Below are positions 10,710 through 18,405 of a stretch of 64,000 nucleotides of DNA, one piece after another; position 1 is the stretch's first letter; every line of letters starts with the position of its first letter. The notes under the pieces were generated by a model. It did not search any database. It had not been told where the DNA came from and saw only the letters and a list, made by a program, of their open reading frames with translations. The stretch is taken from the NCBI GenBank assembly GCA_965217185.1, contig OZ244252.1, positions 256,001 through 320,000 on the forward strand. The letters run 5' to 3'. A program made the translations under genes and the position numbers. The stretch comes from an uncultured Candidatus Entotheonella sp. (GTDB lineage Bacteria; Tectomicrobia; Entotheonellia; Entotheonellales; Entotheonellaceae).

Positions 10710-11455
10710 TGGTCATGGCAACGTTCAAGGTGTGGCGCGGAGACCGCGATGCGGGCCGCTTCGAGGACTATCAGACGGACATCACCGAGGGGATGGTTGT
10801 GCTCGACGCGGTGCACCAGATCCAGGCCGAGCAGGCCCAGGACCTCGCGGTGCGCTGGAATTGCAAGGCGGGCAAGTGCGGCTCGTGTTCCGCTGAGGTG
10901 AATGGCAACCCGAAACTCATGTGCATGACCCGCTGCAGCGATATCCCGCTCGACAAGCCGGTGACCATCGAGCCGATGAAGGCGTTTCCGCTGATCAAGG
11001 ACCTTGTCACCGACGTGTCGTGGAATTTTCAGGTCAAGAAGCGCATCAAGCCCTTCAAGCCCCGGCAGCCAGACGCGGACGACGGCACGTGGCGCATGGC
11101 GCAGGCCGACATTGACCGCGTGCAGGAGTTCCGCAAGTGCATCGAGTGCTTCCTGTGCCAGGACGTCTGTCACGTGCTGCGCGAGCATCAACTGCACGAT
11201 GCTTTCATCGGCCCGCGGTTCTTCGTTTACGGAGCCGCGCTGGAGATGCACCCGCTCGACATCGAGAACCGCCTCGGCGACCTCAAGGACACCGGCGGCA
11301 TCGGCTATTGCAACATCACCAAATGCTGCACCAAGGTCTGCCCCGAAGACATCACCATCACCGACAACGCCATCATTCCGCTCAAGGAGCGGGTGGTGGA
11401 TGAGTTTTATGATCCACTGCAGAAACTCTTCCGCATTTTCAAGCCCAAGCGCTGA
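10709..11455 (+). CDS. sdhB: Succinate dehydrogenase/fumarate reductase iron-sulfur subunit
   Basis: CKAGKCGSC, CIECFLC..C, CNITKCCTKVCP. Confidence 0.93.
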   Translation: MVMATFKVWRGDRDAGRFEDYQTDITEGMVVLDAVHQIQAEQAQDLAVRWNCKAGKCGSCSAEVNGNPKLMCMTRCSDIPLDKPVTIEPMKAFPLIKDLVTDVSWNFQVKKRIKPFKPRQPDADDGTWRMAQADIDRVQEFRKCIECFLCQDVCHVLREHQLHDAFIGPRFFVYGAALEMHPLDIENRLGDLKDTGGIGYCNITKCCTKVCPEDITITDNAIIPLKERVVDEFYDPLQKLFRIFKPKR

Positions 11456-11466
11456 CCCGCGTAGAA

Positions 11467-11635
11467 ATGTAGGTCGGATTAGCCGTCAGGCGTAATCCGA
11501 CATTCCCTCATTGAAATAGACCCGTCCGGTGCCCCAAAGCGTCCGGCTTGACCCGGAATCGAGGGGCTTTGGTTTCAACAGAAGTTTTACGGCGCAGCGG
11601 AATGTCGGATTACGCTGCGCTAACCCGACCTACAT
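11467..11635. repeat. REP doublet in inverted orientation (REPIN/BIME-like)
   Basis: ATGTAGGTCGGATTAGC-CGTCAG-GCGTAATCCGACATTCC (11467-11506) and its near reverse complement (11599-11635); GTAG end plus palindrome. Confidence 0.85.
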
Positions 11636-11715
11636 GATGTCGCTGGGAAATATCGAACTGGAACGCCCGATCAGGCAGGAATAGCGGGAATATAGGTTGG
11701 GATACGAGCAGGCGT

Positions 11716-11749
11716 AAAAAAAGGGCCTCGGGGAAACCCGAGGCCCTTT
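11716..11749 (-). terminator. Intrinsic terminator of pqqA
   Basis: Perfect 10-bp stem GGGCCTCGGG/CCCGAGGCCC, 4-nt loop, T7 tract on minus strand. Confidence 0.9.
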
Positions 11750-11765
11750 CGCATCAACAATCGTT

Positions 11766-11840
11766 TTAGCGATTGAGGATGTACATCGTGAGCTCAAAAC
11801 CGAAACGCTTGTCCTGATAAGCAGGCTTGGTCCACTTCAT
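11766..11840 (-). CDS. pqqA: Pyrroloquinoline quinone precursor peptide PqqA, MKWTKPAYQDKRFGFELTMYILNR (not in ORF track)
   Basis: Hand-translated 24-aa ORF with WxKP..R.GFExxxY motif (Glu16, Tyr20); RBS GAAGGAGAG; terminator follows. Confidence 0.93.
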   Translation of the reverse strand: MKWTKPAYQDKRFGFELTMYILNR

Positions 11841-11925
11841 TGATTCTCTCCTTCAGGGAATTACTTCCCGTGGTTGTCATCCCCCGTTCAGCGGGGAAAC
11901 TTGTCAACATCGTTACCAATACTAC

Positions 11926-11942
11926 TGCAAGCGGTGTGCCAA
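11926..11942 (-). promoter_or_regulatory. sigma54 (-24/-12) promoter for pqqA
   Basis: Minus strand TTGGCACACCGCTTGCA, matching TGGCAC-N5-TTGCW with GG-N10-GC spacing. Confidence 0.85.
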
Positions 11943-12139
11943 AATTTGTCCAGCCTTCTATCACCCCAGAAATAAGGCAGTTGCGGCCACAGGCCGTTTC
12001 CTGTCCGTCCGGTGAGCCCCTGCGACAGACCGTAATATGGATTCCCTCTATTCGCCATAACACACCTGTTTACAATTACTTACACCCCTGATACGTCGGT
12101 TGCGCCTGCAAAAAATGTCGCACCCCTTTTTTCGATGAC

Positions 12140-13576
12140 TCAGGGCTCGATGGGATCGGGCGATTTTTGCCGCGTCAGGCGTTTGTTCAACGCCTGGCGG
12201 GTCAGGCCAAGCATGCCGGCCGCAATGCCCTGATTACCGTCGGCGCGTTGCAGGGCTTCGGTGATCAGCGCTTGCTCGGCTTCTTTCAGGGTCGGCAGGC
12301 AATCGGGGAAGAGGGACGACAGGTTCTCCAGCGCGGCGCTCGCTTGTGGACCGTCGTCGGGGCTGTTTCGTCGGTCGAAGGTGATGGACTTGAAGGTCTT
12401 GAGCGACAGGACGCCCCCTTGGTGCTGGGCGACGGCGTCGAAGATCACCGCTTCCAGCTCGCGCACGTTGCCGGGGAACGCATACGTTTTCAGCAGGCGG
12501 TACAGTTCCATCGGTGGTGTCGGCGTGGGTTTGTTCAACTCCTGGGCGGCATTTTCCAGGAAATGGTTGATCAGCAGCGACAGGTCTTCCTGGCGCTCGC
12601 GTAGCGGCGGCACGTGCAGGTGGTGCGCCCGCAGGCGGTAGTACAGGTCCTTGCGGAATGCCCCGGCGTTGACCCGCTCCACGATGTCCACGTTGGTCGC
12701 CACGATAACCCGTGCGCTGCTCTGCCGCGGATTATCGGCGCCGAGCGGGTAATACGTCCCTTCCTGAAGCAGGCGTAGCAATTTGACCTGCGACGGGATG
12801 GCGAGGTCGCCGATCTCGTCCAGGAACAGGGTGCCGTCGGCCGCCTGCGTGATCAGCCCGCTGCGCGCCTGGTCGGCACCGGTAAAGGCGCCCTTGGTGT
12901 GGCCGAACAGGGTGTCGGAGAACATCGTATCGTCCAGCCCGGCGACGTTGACGGCGACCAGTTCCCCCTGCCCGTGCGACACCGTATGCACCGAGCGCGC
13001 CAGCAACTCCTTGCCGGTGCCCGTCTCGCCGGTGATCAGCACCGGCTGACGTGACGCGGCAATAGCCTCGACGTAGCGGAAAATGGCGTGCATCGCCTTG
13101 CTCTGCGTCACAATGGCGGCAAAGGCGTCGGGCTGGTCGAGTTTTTCGGTCAGCAGGTGCTCCTTCAGTGACAACACCTCTTCGCGCAGGTTGCGGATTT
13201 CCAGCGCCCGCGTCACCGATGACACGAAGCGGTTCTTCTCCACCGGCTTGACGAGGTAGTCGATGGCGCCGCCCTGCATACACTGAACGGCGGTATCCAG
13301 ATCGTTGGTGGCGGTCATCAGAATCACCGGCACGTCGGGATAGCCGGCGGCGATCTGCCCTAGCAACTCCTGGCCGGTGACGTGCGGCATGGCGAGATCG
13401 AGCACCACGACGCCCACGTCCTGCTCGTTCAGCAGCGGCATGACCTCGCGGCTGTCGTCAAGGGTGACGACGTGCTTGACGCCGGAGGAGCGCAGCAACA
13501 CGCTGGCGCTGCGCAAAAGCTGCGGCTCGTCGTCGACCAGCAGAATGGGGAGCGGCAATGAAGCGGTAGACGCCAT
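12140..13576 (-). CDS. sigma54-dependent response regulator (NtrC family)
   Basis: Receiver (VDDE, LDLAMP, KP), GETGTGKE, GAFTGA, FLDEIG, FPGNVREL, Fis-type HTH. Confidence 0.95.
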   Translation of the reverse strand: MASTASLPLPILLVDDEPQLLRSASVLLRSSGVKHVVTLDDSREVMPLLNEQDVGVVVLDLAMPHVTGQELLGQIAAGYPDVPVILMTATNDLDTAVQCMQGGAIDYLVKPVEKNRFVSSVTRALEIRNLREEVLSLKEHLLTEKLDQPDAFAAIVTQSKAMHAIFRYVEAIAASRQPVLITGETGTGKELLARSVHTVSHGQGELVAVNVAGLDDTMFSDTLFGHTKGAFTGADQARSGLITQAADGTLFLDEIGDLAIPSQVKLLRLLQEGTYYPLGADNPRQSSARVIVATNVDIVERVNAGAFRKDLYYRLRAHHLHVPPLRERQEDLSLLINHFLENAAQELNKPTPTPPMELYRLLKTYAFPGNVRELEAVIFDAVAQHQGGVLSLKTFKSITFDRRNSPDDGPQASAALENLSSLFPDCLPTLKEAEQALITEALQRADGNQGIAAGMLGLTRQALNKRLTRQKSPDPIEP

Positions 13577-13595
13577 GTCTGGGGTGCTCCTTGTG

Positions 13596-15302
13596 CTAAA
13601 CCTGCAAGGCTTCCGGCGCGGACACCCGCGATTCGGCAGAGCACGGCAGCGTCACGCGCGCCCGGGTGCCCTGGCCGGGGATGGACTCGAACACCAAGTT
13701 GCCGCCGTGGTCGCGCACCAGCGTGTATGTGATGGCGAGGCCGAGGCCGGTGCCACCTTGTTCCTGCTTGGTGGTGAAAAACGGATCACACAGCCGTTCG
13801 ACATTTTCCTGCGGGATGCCGACGCCGGTGTCCCGCACCTCGATCTCGACGTCGTGGTCGTCCTGATTATAACGCGTGGATACGGTCACCTGTCCGCTTT
13901 CTCCCGGCAGCGCCTCCAGGGCATTGGTGATGAGGTTGACCACCACCTGCTCGATTTGCTGCATGTCGCCTTGCAATGGCGGCAACCCCTCAGTGATCTC
14001 GACCTGGAAATTGATCGTCTTGGCGATGCGGTGACGCAGCAGATTCACCGCCCGCTGGACCGCTTCGTTGACCTGCAAGGTAGCCTGCACGGCCTGCTGC
14101 CGGGGGCGTGCGAAGTCTTTCAGGTTGCCGACGATGCGCTCGATGCGCTGTGCGCCGGCGTGCATGTCGCGGATGAGGTCGGGCACGGTCTCGCGCATTT
14201 CCGCATACGGCAGCCCGCCAATCAGAAACTCACCGTTCTCATCGTGGTAATCCTCCAGGATGTGCTGCGCGTCGCCCCACGCCTCGGCCACCACGCGCGC
14301 GTTCATCATCGTCAGGTTGTTCGGGTTGTTGATTTCGTGCGCCACACCGGCGACCAGTGTGCCGAGCGCGGTCATCTTATTGGCCTGTATCAGTTGCAAC
14401 TCCTGCTCCCGCGCTTTCTCTTCCAGGCGCGTCCGTTCGTCTATCTCGCGGCGCAAGTTGGAATTGGCGCGCCCGAGGTCTCGGGCGTTGGCGCGCAGGC
14501 GATTGAACAGGTAGACCAGATAGGCCAGCAGCACGACGGCAACGAGATACAGCAGGATGCGGTAGGTTTGCGCCCGCGCTTCCATCTGGCTGTAGTACTG
14601 CAGTGAGGCGTCCCGCAGCGCTCGCACCCGTGTCGTGGTGGTGGCAGCCAGCAGTTGACGCAGCAGGGTGTCCACTTCTGGCAGCACGTCGACGATCAGG
14701 TGTCCGTGCAAGACCAGGATGTGCAGATCGTGCTGCAACAAGTTAGCGCCGGTCATTTGGTTGAGGGCCGTTCTGATCTCGTTGCTGACTGCCCGCTGCG
14801 GCGTGCGCACGAAGCGCAGCATGGCGTTGGACAGGGTGCCGATGGCCGCGGCCACGGCGCGGTTGTTCACTAACGTCTGGGTGCTGAGCAGGTGGCCGGT
14901 GTGCAGGAAATACGTCAGCGAGTTGCCCAGCAGGGCGTTGTCGGCCTTGAAGTATTCGAGCAGCGTTTCTTTCTCCCGCACGGCGTGCGACAGGTCCGCG
15001 ATGTGCCCGCTGATGGCCGCGCTGAACTCTTCGGAGGCCGTCCCGTCCCAGGATTCCAGGTCGTGCAGGGCGCCGTATAGCCCGTCCATGGCTTCCGACA
15101 ACGAATCGTAATGAGGCAGCAAACCGGCACGCGCCAGCAGCACGTCGCGGTTGAGTTCGGCATCATGCACTTCAAAGACGTGCAGGGCCTCATACATGCG
15201 CTCCCGCGAGCCCACGTCGGGACTTCTGCTCTGAAGCAACAAAAACGTCAACAGCAACAAGAGACCGCTGACGGCCAGAAGACGCCTCAATGGGATACCC
15301 AT
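13596..15302 (-). CDS. Membrane sensor histidine kinase with helical periplasmic (DAHL/VirA-like) domain
   Basis: Two TMs; LNRDVLLARAGLLPHYDSL periplasmic motif; AHEINNP H-box, DTGVGI, FFTTK, GTGLGL. Confidence 0.88.
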   Translation of the reverse strand: MGIPLRRLLAVSGLLLLLTFLLLQSRSPDVGSRERMYEALHVFEVHDAELNRDVLLARAGLLPHYDSLSEAMDGLYGALHDLESWDGTASEEFSAAISGHIADLSHAVREKETLLEYFKADNALLGNSLTYFLHTGHLLSTQTLVNNRAVAAAIGTLSNAMLRFVRTPQRAVSNEIRTALNQMTGANLLQHDLHILVLHGHLIVDVLPEVDTLLRQLLAATTTTRVRALRDASLQYYSQMEARAQTYRILLYLVAVVLLAYLVYLFNRLRANARDLGRANSNLRREIDERTRLEEKAREQELQLIQANKMTALGTLVAGVAHEINNPNNLTMMNARVVAEAWGDAQHILEDYHDENGEFLIGGLPYAEMRETVPDLIRDMHAGAQRIERIVGNLKDFARPRQQAVQATLQVNEAVQRAVNLLRHRIAKTINFQVEITEGLPPLQGDMQQIEQVVVNLITNALEALPGESGQVTVSTRYNQDDHDVEIEVRDTGVGIPQENVERLCDPFFTTKQEQGGTGLGLAITYTLVRDHGGNLVFESIPGQGTRARVTLPCSAESRVSAPEALQV

Positions 15303-16324
15303 TACGATCCGTCCTCGTCCGGGAGGGTTAGCAACTGCCCCTGGTATTCGCCGGTGAGCGTGTGCAGGAATTGCACGATGAGCTCGATCTCCTCAGGGTA
15401 CAGTGGCCTGCCGAGCTGACGGGTGGCCATCAGGTCCACCGCGGTTTCGAGGGTCTGCACGCGTCCGTCGTGGTAATAGGGCGCCGTCACCGCCACGTTG
15501 CGCAGGCTGGGCACGCGAAATACCTGCCGGTCACGCTCCGCGCCGGTGACGCCGATGCGGCCCATATCGTCATCGTCGCGAGTTCTGCTTTGGCTGCGGA
15601 AGATGCCGAAACGCTGGAACATGTTGCCGCCCACGTTGACGCCTTGGTGGCAGGCGGCGCAGCCATAGGATTTGAACAGGTCGTAGCCCCGTTTTTCATC
15701 GTTGCTGAGCACGTCGGCGTCGCCGCGCAGATACTGGTCAAAGCGCGAATTTGGCGTGTTCAGCGAGCGCTGGAAGCTGGCCAGGGCGTGCAGCACGTTT
15801 GCTCGCGCCAGCCCGCCGGGGTAGGCGGTGTTGAAGGCGCTCACGTAGTCGGGGTCGGCTTGCAGCCTGGGCAGCACGTCCGTCCAAGCGCTATTCATGA
15901 TGGTGGGATCGTGGAGGGCGGCTTCGGCTTCCGCTTCGAGCGTGCGGAAGCCGCCGTCCCAATGGAAGCGGGAATTCAACGCCACGTTGAAAACGGTCGG
16001 GGTGTTGCGCAGGTGCAGGCCGCCCGTGAGGGTCGGGGGCCGTGACACGCCGTCGCCGCCGCCCTGGTTGAGCCGGTGGCAGGTGGCGCAGGAAAAGGCG
16101 TTGTTACGCGACAGGCGCGAGTCATGGAACAGCTTCTCACCGAGGGCGACTTGTGCGGCATCGAGGTCAGCGGTGAGAGGAATCGGGACGATCGGCTCGC
16201 TATCCCAGGCGCCTGCCGGCGGCAAGGGGGTTTCGGCGCTCGGCGTCGGCGCGGTGCAGGCGAGGTGCAGCGCCATGACGGCCAACGCGATTCGCACGAC
16301 AATTGATTTGCAGATAGGCCACAC
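15302..16324 (-). CDS. Diheme cytochrome c peroxidase/MauG-family protein, probable lipoprotein
   Basis: CATCH and CAACH, RNTPTVFN, FRVPSLRNV, APYYHDG; LAC lipobox; stop overlaps HK start. Confidence 0.88.
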   Translation of the reverse strand: MWPICKSIVVRIALAVMALHLACTAPTPSAETPLPPAGAWDSEPIVPIPLTADLDAAQVALGEKLFHDSRLSRNNAFSCATCHRLNQGGGDGVSRPPTLTGGLHLRNTPTVFNVALNSRFHWDGGFRTLEAEAEAALHDPTIMNSAWTDVLPRLQADPDYVSAFNTAYPGGLARANVLHALASFQRSLNTPNSRFDQYLRGDADVLSNDEKRGYDLFKSYGCAACHQGVNVGGNMFQRFGIFRSQSRTRDDDDMGRIGVTGAERDRQVFRVPSLRNVAVTAPYYHDGRVQTLETAVDLMATRQLGRPLYPEEIELIVQFLHTLTGEYQGQLLTLPDEDGS

Positions 16325-16368
16325 GGTTGTTCCAAGCCTTTACGTATCAATGAGAAAAACAGGTGCGC

Positions 16369-16397
16369 ATGCTAGGCAAGGGCGGTATGGCTGTCAA
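16369..16397 (-). promoter_or_regulatory. sigma70-type promoter for the ccp-HK-RR operon
   Basis: Minus strand TTGACA-17 nt-TAGCAT. Confidence 0.6.
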
Positions 16398-16439
16398 GTT
16401 CGGCGGTCCATGCTCAGGACCAGCGTATATGGCATCGTC

Positions 16440-16455
16440 TGCAACCAATGGGCCA
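16440..16455 (-). promoter_or_regulatory. Second sigma54-like promoter upstream of ccp
   Basis: Minus strand TGGCCCATTGGTTGCA (GG-N10-GC, one mismatch to consensus). Confidence 0.5.
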
Positions 16456-16464
16456 TTTTCGGAT

Positions 16465-16503
16465 GAAATGTAGGTCGGATTAGCAAGCGTAATCCGACGT
16501 TCC
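16465..16503 (+). repeat. REP element of the same family as 11467
   Basis: GAAATGTAGGTCGGATTAGC-AA-GCGTAATCCGAC; first 20 bp identical to 11464-11483. Confidence 0.85.
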
Positions 16504-16599
16504 GCCGCGCCCACGGAATTCTGTCAATGATGCCTGAGGCACTACAGCTTGCAAGCAGTGATGCGTTGTCGGATAATCATTCCTCAAAAGGAGTGAATT

Positions 16600-17202
16600 A
16601 TGATAACGACAGCCGATCTGACGCTTCGTGAAGCCGCCGAGTTGGCCGGCGTCACGAAAACGACCGTCGAAAAAGCGGTGGAGGCGAAGGTGATCCGGCC
16701 CTTGATCCGCCCCGCACGTTTGCGCGGCGGTTCGACGCGCTATGTGCCACTGCAAGCGGTAGCCTTTTTCGCGGCGCTGAAGCAGGCCAATCTTGTCGAT
16801 CTACCCGTGCGCCTCAAAAAGGCGCTTTGGAGTGGACTTGCCCGCCTGGAGCCCATGGAACTCGCACCGGTCGAGTTCTCGCCGGGCACGGTTTTGCACC
16901 TGGACGAACTGGCCAACGAACCGTTTGAGGCGGCGGTGCGCTACAAGGCATCGCGGGACGCCCATATCGTATCGGATCCGGAAACGCTTGGCGGCACGCC
17001 GGTGATACGGGGCACGCGAGTCACCGTGTACTCGGTGCTGGGGCGCTTGCAAGATGGTGACAGCGTCGACGACCTTGTGGCGGACAATCCCGACGTCCCT
17101 CGCGAAGCGTTCGAGGCGGCAGCTATTTTTGCGCGCGCGCATCCCTTGCGGGGTCGCCCGGGTGGACGGCCTTGGCGCAATACCGCGCGCCGAAGGTCAT
17201 GA
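16600..17202 (+). CDS. DUF433-domain antitoxin with N-terminal HTH
   Basis: IVSDPETLGGTPVIRGTRVTV motif; RBS AGGAG. Confidence 0.85.
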   Translation: MITTADLTLREAAELAGVTKTTVEKAVEAKVIRPLIRPARLRGGSTRYVPLQAVAFFAALKQANLVDLPVRLKKALWSGLARLEPMELAPVEFSPGTVLHLDELANEPFEAAVRYKASRDAHIVSDPETLGGTPVIRGTRVTVYSVLGRLQDGDSVDDLVADNPDVPREAFEAAAIFARAHPLRGRPGGRPWRNTARRRS

Positions 17203-17208
17203 CGCCGC

Positions 17209-17586
17209 ATGCGTTTGTTTATTGATGAGTGCCTGTCTCCGCAAATAGCCCGCGCATTGAATGCGAGCGGCCAGCATGTCGCTGAGCACCCCCTGGACTT
17301 CGGGGGCCGCGGCGACTCCGACCACCGTGTGCTGCAACGATGCGTCGCTCGCGAACTTGTCATCGTTACCGAAAATGCGCGCGATTTTCGCGTTCTTGTC
17401 GGCTCCGAAGACATCCACCCCGGTCTGATTATCCTGCCCTGCGTTGGCCGCGAGCGGTCCTTCGCGCTTCTCCTCTCAGCGATTGTGCATCTTGAAACAA
17501 TGGGGGACGCTATGGATGCCATGGTCAACCACGTCCTTGAAGTCGATGCCGAGGGAGCCATTCGCTATTATCGGTTGCCGGCGTGA
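17209..17586 (+). CDS. DUF5615/PIN-like toxin
   Basis: MRLFIDECLS, IVTENARDF, HPGLI. Confidence 0.85.
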   Translation: MRLFIDECLSPQIARALNASGQHVAEHPLDFGGRGDSDHRVLQRCVARELVIVTENARDFRVLVGSEDIHPGLIILPCVGRERSFALLLSAIVHLETMGDAMDAMVNHVLEVDAEGAIRYYRLPA

Positions 17587-17638
17587 ACGGTGGAAAATAG
17601 TGATCTGGGAGTATGGATTTTGCCTGTCTGAAAGGATG

Positions 17639-18097
17639 TCAGAGGGTTTGGAAGTCCCGGTAGTGTGTGAAGTTATACGCGGCTCCTGCTTCTTTCTCCG
17701 AAGCCGCGAGGTACAAATCCAGGTCCACCGTGACCAAGGGATTGGATGCCGAAACGACTTCCAGGAGAGCGGCGTCGGTAAGGCCAAGCCGTTTGAAATG
17801 GCTGTTGCGGGTTGCAGCCCTACTTTCAACGGCCTTCTCCTCGGTTGTTTCGATGAGAGTTTGAAGCACGCCGAAAATACGCGAGCGTTCCGGCTCACCA
17901 TGCTGGGCCAGTAAATTAGATGCCTCGGTGAGTGTATTCGGTGTGACAAACACCTGATGGTCAGTGTCGTTGATCAGTTTCACCAACAGGTCGTAATCTT
18001 CAACTCGATAGGCTCTTGTGCGGCGATGCTTGGAGATTAAATCTTTGTCCGTTTCGCCCACGACAAGCAGAACGAGCAGGTTTGTGTCGATGAACAT
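17639..18097 (-). CDS. PIN-domain protein
   Basis: FIDTNLL, TEASN, LGLTDAA, VTVD. Confidence 0.8.
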   Translation of the reverse strand: MFIDTNLLVLLVVGETDKDLISKHRRTRAYRVEDYDLLVKLINDTDHQVFVTPNTLTEASNLLAQHGEPERSRIFGVLQTLIETTEEKAVESRAATRNSHFKRLGLTDAALLEVVSASNPLVTVDLDLYLAASEKEAGAAYNFTHYRDFQTL

Positions 18098-18101
18098 CGG
18101 C

Positions 18102-18374
18102 TTACCGCATGTTTCCCAACAAGGTGCGGTCCTTTACGGACAGGACTCTGCCGTCCTCGTCTTGAATCCGTACAGCCTTGTAGGATCGTGAGGCCTGTCC
18201 ACCCAGAACAGAACCGATGTTTCGATTCCATGATCGAGAAAATCCAATCGTCACGACCCAGTTATCCGATTGATCAAAATCAACCTCTTCGAGGCCAACG
18301 TCAACAATGCCTTCTTCTCCAAATAGTTCAATGATGTAATTCTTTGCGACCTGCACCGCTTCTTTCGCATCCAT
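18102..18374 (-). CDS. Small hypothetical protein, probable partner of the PIN gene
   Basis: MDAKEAVQVAKNY...GLEEV...WVVTIGF; RBS upstream; stop 4 bp before PIN start. Confidence 0.65.
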   Translation of the reverse strand: MDAKEAVQVAKNYIIELFGEEGIVDVGLEEVDFDQSDNWVVTIGFSRSWNRNIGSVLGGQASRSYKAVRIQDEDGRVLSVKDRTLLGNMR

Positions 18375-18405
18375 TTGATCCCCCTGTTCCTCAATCAACT
18401 CGTGA

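Noticed and set aside
11467..11635. Repeats as a CRISPR array
   Set aside because: Inverted and dispersed rather than regularly spaced direct repeats; no cas genes in window
11794..12091. Three ORF-track ORFs across the pqqA upstream region
   Set aside because: No motifs; the region is explained by pqqA, its leader and promoter
12021..12122. TGCGACA / TGTCGCA inverted pair as the activator binding site
   Set aside because: Only 7 bp and about 90 bp apart; cannot be distinguished from chance
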